IMG/VR virus record: IMGVR_UViG_3300027741_000001
Length of the DNA: 64,000 nt
Direction: 5' to 3' (one strand)
DNA from: a virus
The translations under genes and the position numbers were made by a program. The notes beneath the pieces were generated by a model. The model was not told the DNA's origin, did no database searches, and saw nothing but the letters and a program-made list of their open reading frames with translations. Shown piece after piece: positions 31,337 to 43,007 of this stretch; the stretch's first letter is position 1, and each line of letters opens with the position of its first letter.

Positions 31337-33379
31337 CTATTTATCTTTTAGGTTTTCAGTAATTAACTTGACCTCACAGGCATCTGTAGTGCAGTAGGCA
31401 TCGCCAATAGCTTCCAGACCCATGCCCTGATATATACCGTCAAGAGAGATAGGGAATAGCTTTTCAGTTGCAGCTAGGTACTCTTCTTCGGTAATCTGGG
31501 TGTAAGGCATCTGAGGGTAGGTCATGTTGCCTGAAGGCAAGAATGACACAGTCTTTAGCTGACCGTCGTACATGTGGAGTACAGACTCAACGTGCTTAGC
31601 TTCTGTCTCAGGGTCAAACGAGATAGTTACAGATACAGAGTTATCTGACCAGTAACGCTGAGCAGTTGCGGCTAATGCCATCTTCTCAAAGATAGTTACA
31701 TCGCGTTCTGCACGTTCCGCCTCTGACTTGATCGGGAAGTAGACAACAGTCGTGTGATCTGGATTAGATACGTCCGGCTCAACTGTGTAGTTAGCCATCT
31801 TGAACAACGCCAACATAGGATCATCATTTCCAAAACGGATTGCACGGTTGAAGAATTTACCACCCGGAGTCCAGTGGACACCCGGGCTCTCACCAGCAAG
31901 AATTGACACGGTACCTGATGGCTTGACAGTTGTGGTCTTGATTGACTCACGAATACCTAACCACTCCGAGTATGTAATGTCATACTTCTTGACTACCGCA
32001 TAGCCCTCGTCCATCCAAGTACGTAGTTCTGGAAGACCCTTGCGGTCAGCAAAGTTAGCAATACCAGACATCGAGGTTCCGATACGACGGTTTCTCTGCA
32101 TGATTGCGTTTGTCTCTTCCCAGTGAGTAGGTAGAAGAGTTACAGTCTTAGCGTATAGGTAGGCAAACTTCAAAGTACGAAGGTAGTCTTCCTTACTCTC
32201 GTGACGGTTTAGGTAGGTCTCAACAAGAGTACACATTTCGTAGCTCTCCAAAGACTGTTCAGCACAAGGGTTGTAGCCCATGATCCGATGGTCCTTGTTG
32301 TTGATTGGATCACCTAGACGACCGTACGCCTTAGATACATCTTCCCAAATAACTCCAGGCTCACCATTAAGGATGATTCCATCAATAATCTTTGAGAAGT
32401 CAGTTCCAACGTTTACCATAACTGAGTTGTTAGACATCCAACCCCAACCAGGGTTTTCAGAGTCGTAAGAGTTACGAGCAGGAAACTTCTCAACGTTCTT
32501 TAGGTTTAGGAAGTTGTCGTCGTCAATACGGCCGATCAAAAGCTCAGCTGAACGGCGAACGTTACCTGACACAACACAGCGACCAATGAGGTTACCGATA
32601 TCAGCAATATCAACTGTAGTTAGAAGCTCACCGGCACGACCGTTAAAGATCCCACGGATCTTTTCATGCAGTGCAATCAACGGATCTGGACCAGATGCTG
32701 TACCACCAAAGGTAGCAATAGGAGCACCGTACAGACGGATCTCGCTATAGTCAAACTCTACACTTGATTGCTCAGGCTTTAGGTATGAGTTGATCAAAGC
32801 AACAGTGCTCTCCTGCCAACCTTCACGGGTATCCGGAATAACATAAGCACCCTGAGCCTCACCGGGAGTGTAGATCTCAAAGTTTTTATCAGCACCCTTG
32901 TCATCAAAGCCAACACCCACCCCTAGCATCGATGCTTCCATAAGGAAAGCAAATGGCTTACCTGGGTTTGCTTTGGTCATTTCCAAAGTAGATACAAAAG
33001 CACAGTTCTGCAGAGCAGCCGAGTTCTTTTGAACGTTTACGATGTTAGTTCCCATGACCCAAAGGCCACGACCTGGAGGAGACCACTTGAGACGGAATAA
33101 AGAGTCAAAAAACTCTTTAGCTGAGGCAGCAGCCTTAGCATCGGACCATGGCAAGCGGTTCTGCTTTGCATGATCCTTTTGGATCGAGTATGTACCATTA
33201 GTAACACGCTCACAAACTTCGGCCCAAGTTTCCTTAGTGCCATCTTCTTTTTTGCGAGAGTACGTACGCAAGAATGTAATTTCGCCTACAGAGTTGCCAG
33301 CAGCATCTTTGTAACCGAAAGGGGATTCTTTTTGCTTGTACTCCGCTACGAACTCTTCATTTAATTTAAATGAGAACAT
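31337..33379 (-). CDS. nrdJ: class II (adenosylcobalamin-dependent) ribonucleotide reductase, RTPR type
   Basis: PPGRGLW, LQNC, GNVRRSA, NPCAEQ, TTVKPSGT, C-terminal CTTDAC. Confidence 0.95.
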   Translation of the reverse strand: MFSFKLNEEFVAEYKQKESPFGYKDAAGNSVGEITFLRTYSRKKEDGTKETWAEVCERVTNGTYSIQKDHAKQNRLPWSDAKAAASAKEFFDSLFRLKWSPPGRGLWVMGTNIVNVQKNSAALQNCAFVSTLEMTKANPGKPFAFLMEASMLGVGVGFDDKGADKNFEIYTPGEAQGAYVIPDTREGWQESTVALINSYLKPEQSSVEFDYSEIRLYGAPIATFGGTASGPDPLIALHEKIRGIFNGRAGELLTTVDIADIGNLIGRCVVSGNVRRSAELLIGRIDDDNFLNLKNVEKFPARNSYDSENPGWGWMSNNSVMVNVGTDFSKIIDGIILNGEPGVIWEDVSKAYGRLGDPINNKDHRIMGYNPCAEQSLESYEMCTLVETYLNRHESKEDYLRTLKFAYLYAKTVTLLPTHWEETNAIMQRNRRIGTSMSGIANFADRKGLPELRTWMDEGYAVVKKYDITYSEWLGIRESIKTTTVKPSGTVSILAGESPGVHWTPGGKFFNRAIRFGNDDPMLALFKMANYTVEPDVSNPDHTTVVYFPIKSEAERAERDVTIFEKMALAATAQRYWSDNSVSVTISFDPETEAKHVESVLHMYDGQLKTVSFLPSGNMTYPQMPYTQITEEEYLAATEKLFPISLDGIYQGMGLEAIGDAYCTTDACEVKLITENLKDK

Positions 33380-33453
33380 ATGTAGTTATACCTTCTTCTA
33401 GGGGGGAGTATTTGATGTTTTACTAGTATACCCCATAAATAAAAAAGGGAGTA

Positions 33454-33681
33454 TTAGTCGTGATTTAAATATAGTGCGTCTACGATTTGTTTGCAAATCG
33501 GACATACCCTCAGTTTTAAAGGGTCTCTGTGAGGCACAAACTCTATTCCGCATAGAGCTATTACGGTAGTTCCCATAACATACCCCTCTGTTACCTTGGC
33601 AGCTTCCGCATAATGTGCAAAATCTTCTGAATCATCTGTATCAGAAATATCAGTTCGTTCAAGCAGATTTGTACTAGACAT
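33454..33681 (-). CDS. DUF3039 domain protein
   Basis: FAHYA...V.GT.VIALCG..FVP.RDP...VCPICK. Confidence 0.88.
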   Translation of the reverse strand: MSSTNLLERTDISDTDDSEDFAHYAEAAKVTEGYVMGTTVIALCGIEFVPHRDPLKLRVCPICKQIVDALYLNHD

Positions 33682-33778
33682 ATCTAATTATCTCCAAAAT
33701 TTAAGGTAAGTAATAAATTAATAGTACCAGATTAAATAAGGTAAAATTATAGAATAACTCACACTTTAAGGACTTCCA

Positions 33779-34141
33779 ATGAGCCAATACGGATCTTCCG
33801 ACGTTTACAACATTACAGTCACACAAGGTGACACCCTATCTAGAGTCCTAACTTGGACTACTAATGCAAAAGTTCCTTATAACCTTACTGGTTACACAGC
33901 AAAGATGCAAGTCAGATCTTCAGCCGATTCAACTACTGTAGTGCTTGAACTGAGCACTGTCAATGGGTATATAGTTTTAGGGGGCATAGCCGGGACAATA
34001 ACTTTAACGGTTCCAGCAGCTAATATGTCAATAGTTAATGCCGGACAGTATGTTTATGATCTTGAGCTAATTTCTGGAGGAGGACAGAAGACTACCATTG
34101 TAGAGGGGAATTTTAAAGTAAAAGCTCAGGTGACTAGATAA
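33779..34141 (+). CDS. BppU-like/Ig-fold tail adaptor protein
   Basis: QGDT...NLTGYTAKMQVR...YVYDLEL. Confidence 0.75.
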   Translation: MSQYGSSDVYNITVTQGDTLSRVLTWTTNAKVPYNLTGYTAKMQVRSSADSTTVVLELSTVNGYIVLGGIAGTITLTVPAANMSIVNAGQYVYDLELISGGGQKTTIVEGNFKVKAQVTR

Positions 34142-34902
34142 TGTCTCCAATATATGAAGATCTCCCAAATAAAGTAATAATCAGCTCTTCAGATGTAAAT
34201 AACATAATTATTCAAGATGAAGAAAATAAAGTAATTGTTTCCACTGTCGGATCGCAAGGTGCTACTGGATTACAAGGTATTCAGGGTGTACAAGGTACAC
34301 AAGGAACCCAAGGACTACAAGGTTTTGGATATGCCCAACTTCAGGGTACTCAGGGTACTCAGGGTACTCAAGGTGTAACCGGATTACAAGGTATACAAGG
34401 TATACAAGGTATACAAGGTATTCAGGGTGTACAGGGTACACAAGGAATTCAAGGATCAACAGGGATTCAAGGAATTACTGGTACACAAGGTACTCAGGGC
34501 ATTCAAGGAACGCAAGGTACTCAGGGTACTCAGGGTACTCAGGGTACTCAGGGTACTCAAGGATTACAAGGTTTACAAGGGTTACAAGGTATACAGGGGC
34601 TATTAAACAAATACACTGTATCGGAAACTGCTCCTACTATTGGAGTACAGAGTGGAGACCTTTGGTTCCGTTCCTCAACTGCACAGCTCTATATCTATTA
34701 TGATAGCTATTGGATAGAAACATCTTCAAGCTATGTAGGTCCAACAGGTGTTATCACAGCAACTGCTCCAATTACATATAATTCTGGAACTCAAACAGTC
34801 GGAATTGATCAAGCATCACTATCTATTTCTACAGCAACACAAAATGCTCTTAATCTAAAAGCGGATACAAATCTAGCAATTGCATATGCACTTGCACTAT
34901 AA
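34141..34902 (+). CDS. collagen-like (G-x-Q) fibre protein
   Basis: more than 35 GXQ triplets; GDLWF...LYIYYD..W. Confidence 0.85.
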   Translation: MSPIYEDLPNKVIISSSDVNNIIIQDEENKVIVSTVGSQGATGLQGIQGVQGTQGTQGLQGFGYAQLQGTQGTQGTQGVTGLQGIQGIQGIQGIQGVQGTQGIQGSTGIQGITGTQGTQGIQGTQGTQGTQGTQGTQGTQGLQGLQGLQGIQGLLNKYTVSETAPTIGVQSGDLWFRSSTAQLYIYYDSYWIETSSSYVGPTGVITATAPITYNSGTQTVGIDQASLSISTATQNALNLKADTNLAIAYALAL

Positions 34903-34911
34903 GGAAAAATA

Positions 34912-37473
34912 ATGAAGCAAATTATACAAACATATACATTTTCAGCATCAGCTAAAACAGTAACTTTTACTGAACTTGATTCAATTGCTCTTGAGCGTAT
35001 TCTTCTTATTACAAATACAACTAGAAACATAATTATCTATAACTTTGCTGACCCAACTAAGGGCGGAACAATTGAAACAAATGTGCTGACTTTAGCAACA
35101 AGCACAGCTGGTATGGCAGATACAGATAAGCTAAATATTGTTTATGATGAAGCACCTAGGGATATAACATATGAACGAAATGTTGTTGGGACACAGAGGA
35201 GCTTCTTCAAAGATGGAATTAATACTTCTATTGCACAACCAGATTCATCTATTTGGGATATGACTCGTGATAGTAGTACCCACATTGTTAATACCGGTGG
35301 AGGAAGCAACGGCTCTGCGTATATTCGTATATCGTTAGACCCGTTTCTACAAGATAGTGGTGTAACCCTAACTGCTAAAAAACAATTTACCATGCCAGTT
35401 AGAGCATCATTTGGTGTATCTTCATCAATACGCTCAAGTCAAACAGAAACATTTTTTGGCATGGTCGGCTGTGATGTAAATGGAACAATTGCATATAACT
35501 CAACAGTATCTGATCAGACTTTAGCTGCTCAAACAGTAACAATTGCATCCAACATTGCTACATTTACACTAGTAAATCATGGTTTTGTTGCCGGTGATGT
35601 AATATCTATTTTTAATATTACAGCTTCTTCAGGAACACCAACATTCTTAAACATTCCGGTAGCTGTAGTTACTATTGGTAGCAAGGATACATTTACAGTT
35701 GGAACTGGTATTGGTACAGCATCCGTACCTATCACTGGTGGAACAGTAAGACTTTTAGACCCACTTTACTACGCTAAAAATGGTGTTGGCTTTAACTTCA
35801 ACTCAGCAACAGCAACTTCTTCAAACATTATTGGTAGAAGAGACGGAGTTAAGTCAAGAAGACTATCTGCTCAGACAGTCGGAACTATTACTTCTGCTCA
35901 GACACTCACTGATTCTTTTTCTGATGCATGGGACTCAACAACTAATTATGAATTGGTTCTAACTAATGATGAAACAACTTTTAGAAGTTATCCTGCTGCT
36001 TCTACTGCTGGAGTCAGCAGCACGCATAAATTAACTCAACAAACTCCAGATGATTCTATCTACTATAAGCCTTACATTAGAGCTAGAAATCTCCCATCAA
36101 TGTCTAAGCCATTTGCTAGAATTACTTCAATTTCAAAATCTGGAACTACTACAGCAACTATTACTTTTGATGCCGCACATGGGCTATTACAAAATGACAC
36201 ATTCGGTATATATGGTGTTTTGAATGGAACTGATTTTCCATCAGCATCAACTTATGCTGTTGCTTCTGTAACTAGTTCTACAGTGATTACGGCAGTCATT
36301 GGCACAACAACTCCAACAACTACATCTACTGGTGGTTTTGGTTATGTAATAAATAACAATGCTACTAACAGTTCGCCAATAGTAAACTCTATTCAATCAA
36401 TTACTAGAACAAGCAATGTTCTTTCTGTTGTTGGTGTGAATACTTGGTCTGGAGTATCAGTTGGAGATTATGTAAATCTTTATGGAATGACTGGAACTGG
36501 TGCATCAGCTTATGAGGGTGCATATAAGGTTCTTCGATTAAATACAACTACCCTTGAACTTCAGTCAACGGGATCAGATTTTACAATTATTGCTACTGGT
36601 GGTGGTGTTTTAAGAAGAACTGATGTGAGAATTCACTTTGTAAGAGTGACTGACTTTACTAAAAATATTACTGAAATCTATGGTGGCAAGGGAAGCACAG
36701 TTGATGCTAATAACGCTGTTTCAGTCGTGGTAGCTTCTAGTATTACTCAATCTAGCGGAAGCAATGCAACTACATGGTCAGCTGCTGGATGGGGTGGCTT
36801 CCTTGTAAATGATGTTACATCAGCAGCTATTACTACTACTACTAATTCATCTACTATTACGCCTGGTTCTCTAAATAACGTTGGAACCTATGCGCATTCA
36901 TTTAGCGTATCTGTTACTGCAGTATCTGGAACAACTCCAACTATGGATGTAGGTGTAGAAGAATCCCCTGATGCTGGAACAACATGGGTTCGTATATATG
37001 ATTTCCCACGCATTACTGCAACTGGTGTCTATTACTCACCTCAAATTCTTGCTACTTGGGGAACTAGATATAGATATGTAAGAACTGTATCTGGAACTAC
37101 ACCTTCATTCACACACGCAATCAACCGCATCCAGTTTTCCACTAACCCTCAATTTTTTCGTGAATTTCACGATAGAACAATTATCCCAACAACACTAAGT
37201 TCAACTACACCAACATATTTTGTAGATGGTTGTTTTAATATTTCGCTTGTAGTTTATGCCGGAACAGTCACCACAACTGCCGCTGGTTACCAGTTGGAAG
37301 GTTCTGAAAACAACACTGATTGGTACTCAATTGGCTCTGCTGTAACTCCCGCTTCAACAGTCACTTCTGTGACTTTCAACGCCAATACAACGCCAAAGTT
37401 TATTCGCGTAAGAATATCCTCCGCAGGTGTAGCAATCACTGGTCACTATGTTGTAATTAAGGCTCTAGGTTAA
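34912..37473 (+). CDS. Ser/Thr-rich beta-structured tail/fibre protein
   Basis: 853 aa, ILLITNTT...IYNFADP N-terminus, HG[FL] repeats. Confidence 0.75.
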   Translation: MKQIIQTYTFSASAKTVTFTELDSIALERILLITNTTRNIIIYNFADPTKGGTIETNVLTLATSTAGMADTDKLNIVYDEAPRDITYERNVVGTQRSFFKDGINTSIAQPDSSIWDMTRDSSTHIVNTGGGSNGSAYIRISLDPFLQDSGVTLTAKKQFTMPVRASFGVSSSIRSSQTETFFGMVGCDVNGTIAYNSTVSDQTLAAQTVTIASNIATFTLVNHGFVAGDVISIFNITASSGTPTFLNIPVAVVTIGSKDTFTVGTGIGTASVPITGGTVRLLDPLYYAKNGVGFNFNSATATSSNIIGRRDGVKSRRLSAQTVGTITSAQTLTDSFSDAWDSTTNYELVLTNDETTFRSYPAASTAGVSSTHKLTQQTPDDSIYYKPYIRARNLPSMSKPFARITSISKSGTTTATITFDAAHGLLQNDTFGIYGVLNGTDFPSASTYAVASVTSSTVITAVIGTTTPTTTSTGGFGYVINNNATNSSPIVNSIQSITRTSNVLSVVGVNTWSGVSVGDYVNLYGMTGTGASAYEGAYKVLRLNTTTLELQSTGSDFTIIATGGGVLRRTDVRIHFVRVTDFTKNITEIYGGKGSTVDANNAVSVVVASSITQSSGSNATTWSAAGWGGFLVNDVTSAAITTTTNSSTITPGSLNNVGTYAHSFSVSVTAVSGTTPTMDVGVEESPDAGTTWVRIYDFPRITATGVYYSPQILATWGTRYRYVRTVSGTTPSFTHAINRIQFSTNPQFFREFHDRTIIPTTLSSTTPTYFVDGCFNISLVVYAGTVTTTAAGYQLEGSENNTDWYSIGSAVTPASTVTSVTFNANTTPKFIRVRISSAGVAITGHYVVIKALG

Positions 37474-37478
37474 ACAAG

Positions 37479-38279
37479 ATGACAGCAATTGATTTTCCAA
37501 ACTCCCCATCCGTAAATGAAACATTTACGGTAGGCGATCGTACCTGGAAATGGACAGGGTCTACTTGGGATATTGTTGTTACAACTCGAGTCACTGGTGC
37601 ACAAGGTACAATTGGTGCTCAAGGCACACAAGGCACACAGGGACTAACTGGAATTCAAGGTACTCAAGGTACTCAAGGTGTTCAGGGTCTACAAGGTACT
37701 ACAGGTACTCAAGGTGCCACTGGCTTACAAGGTACTACAGGTACTCAAGGTACTCAAGGTGTACAAGGTACTACAGGTACTCAAGGTGCCACTGGCTTAC
37801 AAGGTACTACAGGTACTCAAGGTACTCAAGGTGTTCAGGGTCTACAAGGTACTACAGGTACTCAAGGTGTTCAGGGTCTACAAGGTACTACAGGTACTCA
37901 AGGTGTTCAGGGTCTACAAGGTACTACAGGTACTCAAGGTGTTCAGGGTCTACAAGGTACTACAGGTACTCAAGGTGTTCAGGGTCTACAAGGTACTACA
38001 GGTACTCAAGGTGTTCAGGGTCTACAAGGTACTACAGGTACTCAAGGTGTTCAGGGAACTCAGGGTCTATCTGTCCAAGGAACCCAAGGCCTACAAGGTT
38101 TTGGCTATGCTCAGTTGCAGGGTACTCAAGGTATACAAGGTATACAAGGTATACAAGGTATACAAGGTATACAAGGTATACAGAGCACTCAAGGTATTCA
38201 AGGCTTACAAGGTGATTCTGGTACCCAAGGAACCAATGGATTTACCGATTATCAAACATATACATTCATTTATAGATAG
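37479..38279 (+). CDS. collagen-like (G-x-Q) fibre protein
   Basis: [10 protein letters not shown]...WKWTGSTW followed by a long GXQ run. Confidence 0.85.
   Translation: MTAIDFPNSPSVNETFTVGDRTWKWTGSTWDIVVTTRVTGAQGTIGAQGTQGTQGLTGIQGTQGTQGVQGLQGTTGTQGATGLQGTTGTQGTQGVQGTTGTQGATGLQGTTGTQGTQGVQGLQGTTGTQGVQGLQGTTGTQGVQGLQGTTGTQGVQGLQGTTGTQGVQGLQGTTGTQGVQGLQGTTGTQGVQGTQGLSVQGTQGLQGFGYAQLQGTQGIQGIQGIQGIQGIQGIQSTQGIQGLQGDSGTQGTNGFTDYQTYTFIYR
37845..38057 (+). repeat. 36-bp tandem repeat encoding [12 protein letters not shown]
   Basis: about 6 near-identical units. Confidence 0.85.
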
Positions 38280-38287
38280 GAAACAAA

Positions 38288-38668
38288 ATGGCAGCAACCC
38301 CTCAATTTGCAGCAACAGTTAGAACAGGTGCAGTATCCATTGGTACTGCAGATACTAGCCGTACAGCACCTACTAACGTAGGTACTTTATTTAGTGCAGG
38401 TTCTAATCATTCTAGGGTAGACGAAATAGATATTGTTGCAACAGGTACTACTACCGCAGGTGTAGTGCGTATTTTTGTTTACAATGGATCAACCTATTAC
38501 TTGCTTAGAGAAGTTCTTGTTTCTGCAATTACACCTTCAACAACCGTAGCGGTATTTAGCAACACAATTATTTTTAGCAACCTAGTAATTCCTTCAGGTT
38601 ATTCAATCCGTGTAACAACTAACAACGCAGAAACATTTCATGTAACAGCATTTGGTGGAGACTTTTAA
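38288..38668 (+). CDS. small beta-sandwich virion protein
   Basis: 126 aa within the fibre operon. Confidence 0.7.
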   Translation: MAATPQFAATVRTGAVSIGTADTSRTAPTNVGTLFSAGSNHSRVDEIDIVATGTTTAGVVRIFVYNGSTYYLLREVLVSAITPSTTVAVFSNTIIFSNLVIPSGYSIRVTTNNAETFHVTAFGGDF

Positions 38669-38670
38669 AA

Positions 38671-39537
38671 ATGAATAAAGGTGCCTTACACGGTTATGGA
38701 TTTAGCCCTACAGATGTAAGCCTTCAGCGTGTCATAACCTCTACAACCAGTTCTATAGGTATTCCAGCAGATGTAAAATTTGTGTACGCTGTTGTAGTTG
38801 GCGGCGGTGGAGCAGGTGGCGGTAACTCTGCTACACAAGGTGGCTCTGGTGGTGGCGGAGCAGGGGCCGTAATCCAAGGTTGGACTTTAGCCGTAAACTC
38901 CGCTGTAATTGGTACTGGAGGAACTGCTACTTCAGCAGCAAAAGGCGGTACTGGTGGAACAACTACTTACAGTATTTTCACAGCACAAGGTGGTTCTGGA
39001 GGTGGCTATCCAGCTTCCACAGCAGGAGTGGCAGGAACAAATGGTGCTGGAGCAGGTGCCCCTGGAGCAAGCACGACTACTGCTGGAGCAGCAACTGCTG
39101 GAGCTTTTCTTGGCTACAACTACGGCGGTGGAGGTGGAGTAGCAGCAATTTCTGCTGGAACTCCAGGTAACGGAGAAACAGGAGCATCAGGTGGAGGAGG
39201 CGGTCCAGTTACCGCAACCGCATCTGCCGCATTAGTCGGTGGAGCAGGAGGCTCTGGACTTGCTGGAGGTGGCGGAGGTGGAGCATACAACTCTACAAGT
39301 TCTACACTTACTGGAGGTGCTGGTGGTAACGGAATTTATCCAGGCGGTGCTGGAAGAGTTGTAACTGGTACAGGTGCTTCTGGAGGTGGGGGCGGCGGAG
39401 TTTATGGACCTGGAGTTTCACCAACTACAACTACAGGTGGTGCAGGAGGCATCGGTGGCGGTGGTGGCGGTGGAGTAGGAACTACTTCAACTGCTGGAGG
39501 AGCTGGAGGACAAGGTATCGTTCTCCTGTATTGGTAG
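38671..39537 (+). CDS. glycine-rich fibre protein 1
   Basis: VYAVVVGGGG...GGQGIVLLYW. Confidence 0.8.
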   Translation: MNKGALHGYGFSPTDVSLQRVITSTTSSIGIPADVKFVYAVVVGGGGAGGGNSATQGGSGGGGAGAVIQGWTLAVNSAVIGTGGTATSAAKGGTGGTTTYSIFTAQGGSGGGYPASTAGVAGTNGAGAGAPGASTTTAGAATAGAFLGYNYGGGGGVAAISAGTPGNGETGASGGGGGPVTATASAALVGGAGGSGLAGGGGGGAYNSTSSTLTGGAGGNGIYPGGAGRVVTGTGASGGGGGGVYGPGVSPTTTTGGAGGIGGGGGGGVGTTSTAGGAGGQGIVLLYW

Positions 39538-39543
39538 GTAATT

Positions 39544-40704
39544 ATGAATAAAGGCACATTAAATGGATTTAATAAATCCACAAATGATTTAAAACTCCAG
39601 CGTGTAATTTTAAATACAGGATATGTCGACATCCCATCAAACATTAACATCGTCTACGCAGTTGTTGTAGGTGGTGGAGGCGGCGGCGGCGGTATGGCTA
39701 CTACCAACCTTGTAAGCGGCGGTGGAGGTGGCGGTGGATCAGTTATTCAAGGTTGGACTATTCCATTATCATATGCAGTAATCGGTGCTGGAGGAGCAGG
39801 TCAGGCTGCTAGAGGTAGTAGCGGTGGAGCCACAATATACGCAAATTTTTATGCTTCAGGTGGTGGTGGAGGGGCTGGAAGCGGTACTTACACAGGTATT
39901 GCTGGTAATGGTTCTGGTTCTGGAGGCTCTTCTAGTGGGGTGGCTACTCAAGGTGCTTCTATTACTGCAACATCGATGGGCATCACTTTAGGCGGTGCTG
40001 GCGGAGCGGGGAATGCAGGTAACATAAGTTCTATCTACGAGGGCTATAGTGGAGAGGCTGGCTCAGGTGGTGGCGGTGGAGGTGGAATCTACACTAATGA
40101 TCAAACAGATATTGTAGGCGGAACTGGAGGATTTGGACTTACTGGCGGGGGTGGTGGTTCTTGTTACTCAACAGGTGTGGCAGCAGTTCAAGGCGGTAAC
40201 GGTGGAGACGGAATCTACCCTGGAGGTTTAGGACTTCCTTATGTTTACGGAGATTTAATTATGGTTGCTGGGGGTGGAGGTGGAGGTGGAGTTGTCGGAC
40301 CTGGAGGTTCTCCAAAAGATTTACAAAACCTAAGTTCAACAACTTCATTATCAATTCCATCTACCGCATCGGCTAGAACATTTTATGTAAGCGACACTAA
40401 AGGATTTGTAACTAACTGTGCAGTTAAAATTAGCGTAGTTGGTGACCCTTTTAGTTATGTCGCAGGTCGGGCTACGGTAATTACTAATACTTATGTAAGC
40501 ATTTCATCTTCAAACATGACTGACTTTAGCGGTCTTGGAACCTATAACAACTGGGTTATTGAGTATGATCCTTATGGTGACGGAGGTGTTAGCAAAAACG
40601 CTGGCGGTGTCGGAGGAATCGGTGGAGGCGGAGGTGGAGCTGGTAGCGGAACTAGCACTCCGGGGGGAAATGGAGGTCAAGGTGCAGTTCTGCTGTACTG
40701 GTAA
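39544..40704 (+). CDS. glycine-rich fibre protein 2
   Basis: paralog with an inserted non-Gly domain. Confidence 0.8.
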   Translation: MNKGTLNGFNKSTNDLKLQRVILNTGYVDIPSNINIVYAVVVGGGGGGGGMATTNLVSGGGGGGGSVIQGWTIPLSYAVIGAGGAGQAARGSSGGATIYANFYASGGGGGAGSGTYTGIAGNGSGSGGSSSGVATQGASITATSMGITLGGAGGAGNAGNISSIYEGYSGEAGSGGGGGGGIYTNDQTDIVGGTGGFGLTGGGGGSCYSTGVAAVQGGNGGDGIYPGGLGLPYVYGDLIMVAGGGGGGGVVGPGGSPKDLQNLSSTTSLSIPSTASARTFYVSDTKGFVTNCAVKISVVGDPFSYVAGRATVITNTYVSISSSNMTDFSGLGTYNNWVIEYDPYGDGGVSKNAGGVGGIGGGGGGAGSGTSTPGGNGGQGAVLLYW

Positions 40705-40709
40705 AAATT

Positions 40710-41546
40710 ATGATTGTTAATAAAAAATTTGGATTTGTTCCTTCTGGATTAACTTTACAAAGAACAATACTTTCTACTGGTTATGTTGATATTCCATCCA
40801 ACATCACTCAAGTTTTTGCGGTAGTGGTTGGAGGTGGCGGTGGGAGTTCTCTTACCATAAATGGTTCCGCAGGGGGTGGCGGTGGTGGCGTGGCTTTTGG
40901 GTATGTAACTGCAAGAAACTACGCAATAGTAGGCGTTGGCGGAGCTCAAGACGAAGCAACATCTGAAGGCTTAAGTGGCGGTAGAAGTTCTTATGGCGGT
41001 TTATCTGCTAATGGCGGAGGTGGCGGTGGCGGGCTAATTGCTGGAAAAGCAGTCACTGGTGCTGGAGGTGGAGGCGGTGGAGTAAGTGCTGCTGTTCCAT
41101 CCCCTCCATCCTCTCCATCCCCACAAGCAGGTGGAGTGTCTACTGCCCTTTTTCTTTACAAAAGTGGTAGTGGTGGTGCAGGAGCATCAGGTAGCGAAGT
41201 AACCGCAACATCGGGGGGAAATGGCACTTCTGGCGGTGGAGGAGGTCTTGCTTACAGCAATGCTGCTGGAGACACATCTACAATTACTGGCGGAAACGGT
41301 GGAAACGGACTTACTGGAGGCGGTGGCGGAGAGGCTACAAGTGATAGTTCTCTCACTACTCTTCTCGGCGGTGACGGCGGTAACGGAGTTTACCCAGGAC
41401 AACCAAGAGATGTAATAACTGGTTTTCCTGGTTCTGGAGGAGGAATTTTAGGGTCAGGTGACTCATTTGGAAGAGGCGGTCTTGGTGGGGGCGGTGGAGC
41501 AGGAGGCTCCGACGGAGGAGATGGTTGTATATTATTATTTTGGTAA
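40710..41546 (+). CDS. glycine-rich fibre protein 3
   Basis: paralog ending GGDGCILLFW. Confidence 0.8.
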   Translation: MIVNKKFGFVPSGLTLQRTILSTGYVDIPSNITQVFAVVVGGGGGSSLTINGSAGGGGGGVAFGYVTARNYAIVGVGGAQDEATSEGLSGGRSSYGGLSANGGGGGGGLIAGKAVTGAGGGGGGVSAAVPSPPSSPSPQAGGVSTALFLYKSGSGGAGASGSEVTATSGGNGTSGGGGGLAYSNAAGDTSTITGGNGGNGLTGGGGGEATSDSSLTTLLGGDGGNGVYPGQPRDVITGFPGSGGGILGSGDSFGRGGLGGGGGAGGSDGGDGCILLFW

Positions 41547-41555
41547 GGAGAAAAA

Positions 41556-41738
41556 ATGCCTAATTATGCAGTAGTAAATCCACAAGGTGGAGTAGTGTCA
41601 AACATTGTAGTTGGCAATGATTTAGAGTCGGTCAAAGAAGTAATCAGTGATGTCGTAGAGATTACTGAAGAAACTGGTGTAGCTGGTATTGGCTACACAT
41701 GGAACCCTGCAACTGGTACTTTTAGTTTTGAAGAGTAG
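41556..41738 (+). CDS. small fibre chaperone-like protein
   Basis: MPNYAVV...V.NIVV...AGIGYTW. Confidence 0.7.
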   Translation: MPNYAVVNPQGGVVSNIVVGNDLESVKEVISDVVEITEETGVAGIGYTWNPATGTFSFEE

Positions 41739-43007
41739 TTAAACAGTAACATTAAAAAATTCTTGATTACGAATTGCTAAATTTGGATTTACCCAAATTT
41801 GGTCTTGTATTCCAGAACCCCATTCGTAATAAATATCAACCAATACAAATCCTTGATTTTTCATAAAAACAGTAATTTCAGCGGTAAGAATATGGTTGTC
41901 GTGAGTTGGATTAGTTTCAGTCTCAACATGCAATAATTTGACATGCTTCAGTCGATCACCAAATCCTTCAATAACTTGACCACTAAATCCCTCGGTATCA
42001 ATTTTTACTACATCAATAATTCCATCAATACCGATGTTGCTTAAAAAAGTATCCATACGAGTTACGGGGACAATAACTTTGTCAATAATTCCAATAAAAT
42101 CTTTTGGGTACATAGTATTTTCTTTACTAGCCATAGAAGAACATCCAGCAAGTTCTTTATTGTCTGAGTTTACTTGATAAAAAGTAGTCTCACCATCAAA
42201 ATTTGAAATAGCAGTATATTCAACAATCATCCATGGATGTAATTTTTTTGTAAGTTCTACAGCCTTAACGCTTGCATCTACTGCAATAACTGTAATTCCA
42301 TTTAGTCGGTCAGATAAGTACTTAGCATCATCGCCATCACGAGTCCCAATATCAATAATAATAGGGGCATCAACACCAAAAAATTTACGATAGTTAGTGA
42401 CTACTGGCTCAAGCGGATCTATCTCCTCTAAATTAATTCCTATTTTACGAAGATTATTTTTAACCGCAATTTTATATTCTCTAACTAAATTTTGCTTTTC
42501 CAGTCTTAGTAGTATTTTTATGCTTTCATCTTTTCGACCAATCCACCAAGCACTTATAGCAACTTGAAACTCTAAAGAATAGTCTCCGTGATACCCATCA
42601 ATATCAATAGGAAGTCGAACCAAAGGATTGTCCAACATCATCAAACCAATTGTTGCGTAGGTATAGCACTCCTGCCAGTTTCCATCTTTTTCATAAAATC
42701 TTGACAAAAGAAAATATGCTTCAGGTCTTTTTGGTAAATGGGCAATTGCTTGAAGAATTACATTAGAGACAGTATTTCTCCTATCTTTCTGACCCTCAAT
42801 GCAGATAGATATTCTAAGCAAAGAAGCATAGGCAATAAGAGGTTCAGTTTCATAGCCGTACTCAGCCGCACGCAAATAAAATCCAACAGCAGATGCCGTC
42901 TGACCTAATTTTTCATACTCAACGGCAATATCAAAGTTTTTCTTGGCATCGAGTGGGTCACTAAAAGCCTCAACAACAAGTCTTTCAATAATCTCATTAG
43001 AACTCAT
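41739..43007 (-). CDS. TPR + FkbM-family methyltransferase
   Basis: TPR N-terminus; IIDIG...GD, IDVVKIDTEG. Confidence 0.85.
   Translation of the reverse strand: MSSNEIIERLVVEAFSDPLDAKKNFDIAVEYEKLGQTASAVGFYLRAAEYGYETEPLIAYASLLRISICIEGQKDRRNTVSNVILQAIAHLPKRPEAYFLLSRFYEKDGNWQECYTYATIGLMMLDNPLVRLPIDIDGYHGDYSLEFQVAISAWWIGRKDESIKILLRLEKQNLVREYKIAVKNNLRKIGINLEEIDPLEPVVTNYRKFFGVDAPIIIDIGTRDGDDAKYLSDRLNGITVIAVDASVKAVELTKKLHPWMIVEYTAISNFDGETTFYQVNSDNKELAGCSSMASKENTMYPKDFIGIIDKVIVPVTRMDTFLSNIGIDGIIDVVKIDTEGFSGQVIEGFGDRLKHVKLLHVETETNPTHDNHILTAEITVFMKNQGFVLVDIYYEWGSGIQDQIWVNPNLAIRNQEFFNVTV

Noticed and set aside
37550-38322. Long alternative-frame ORFs (RYYRYS.. and VYKVLQ..)
   Set aside because: By-products of stop-free tandem repeats in the collagen gene.
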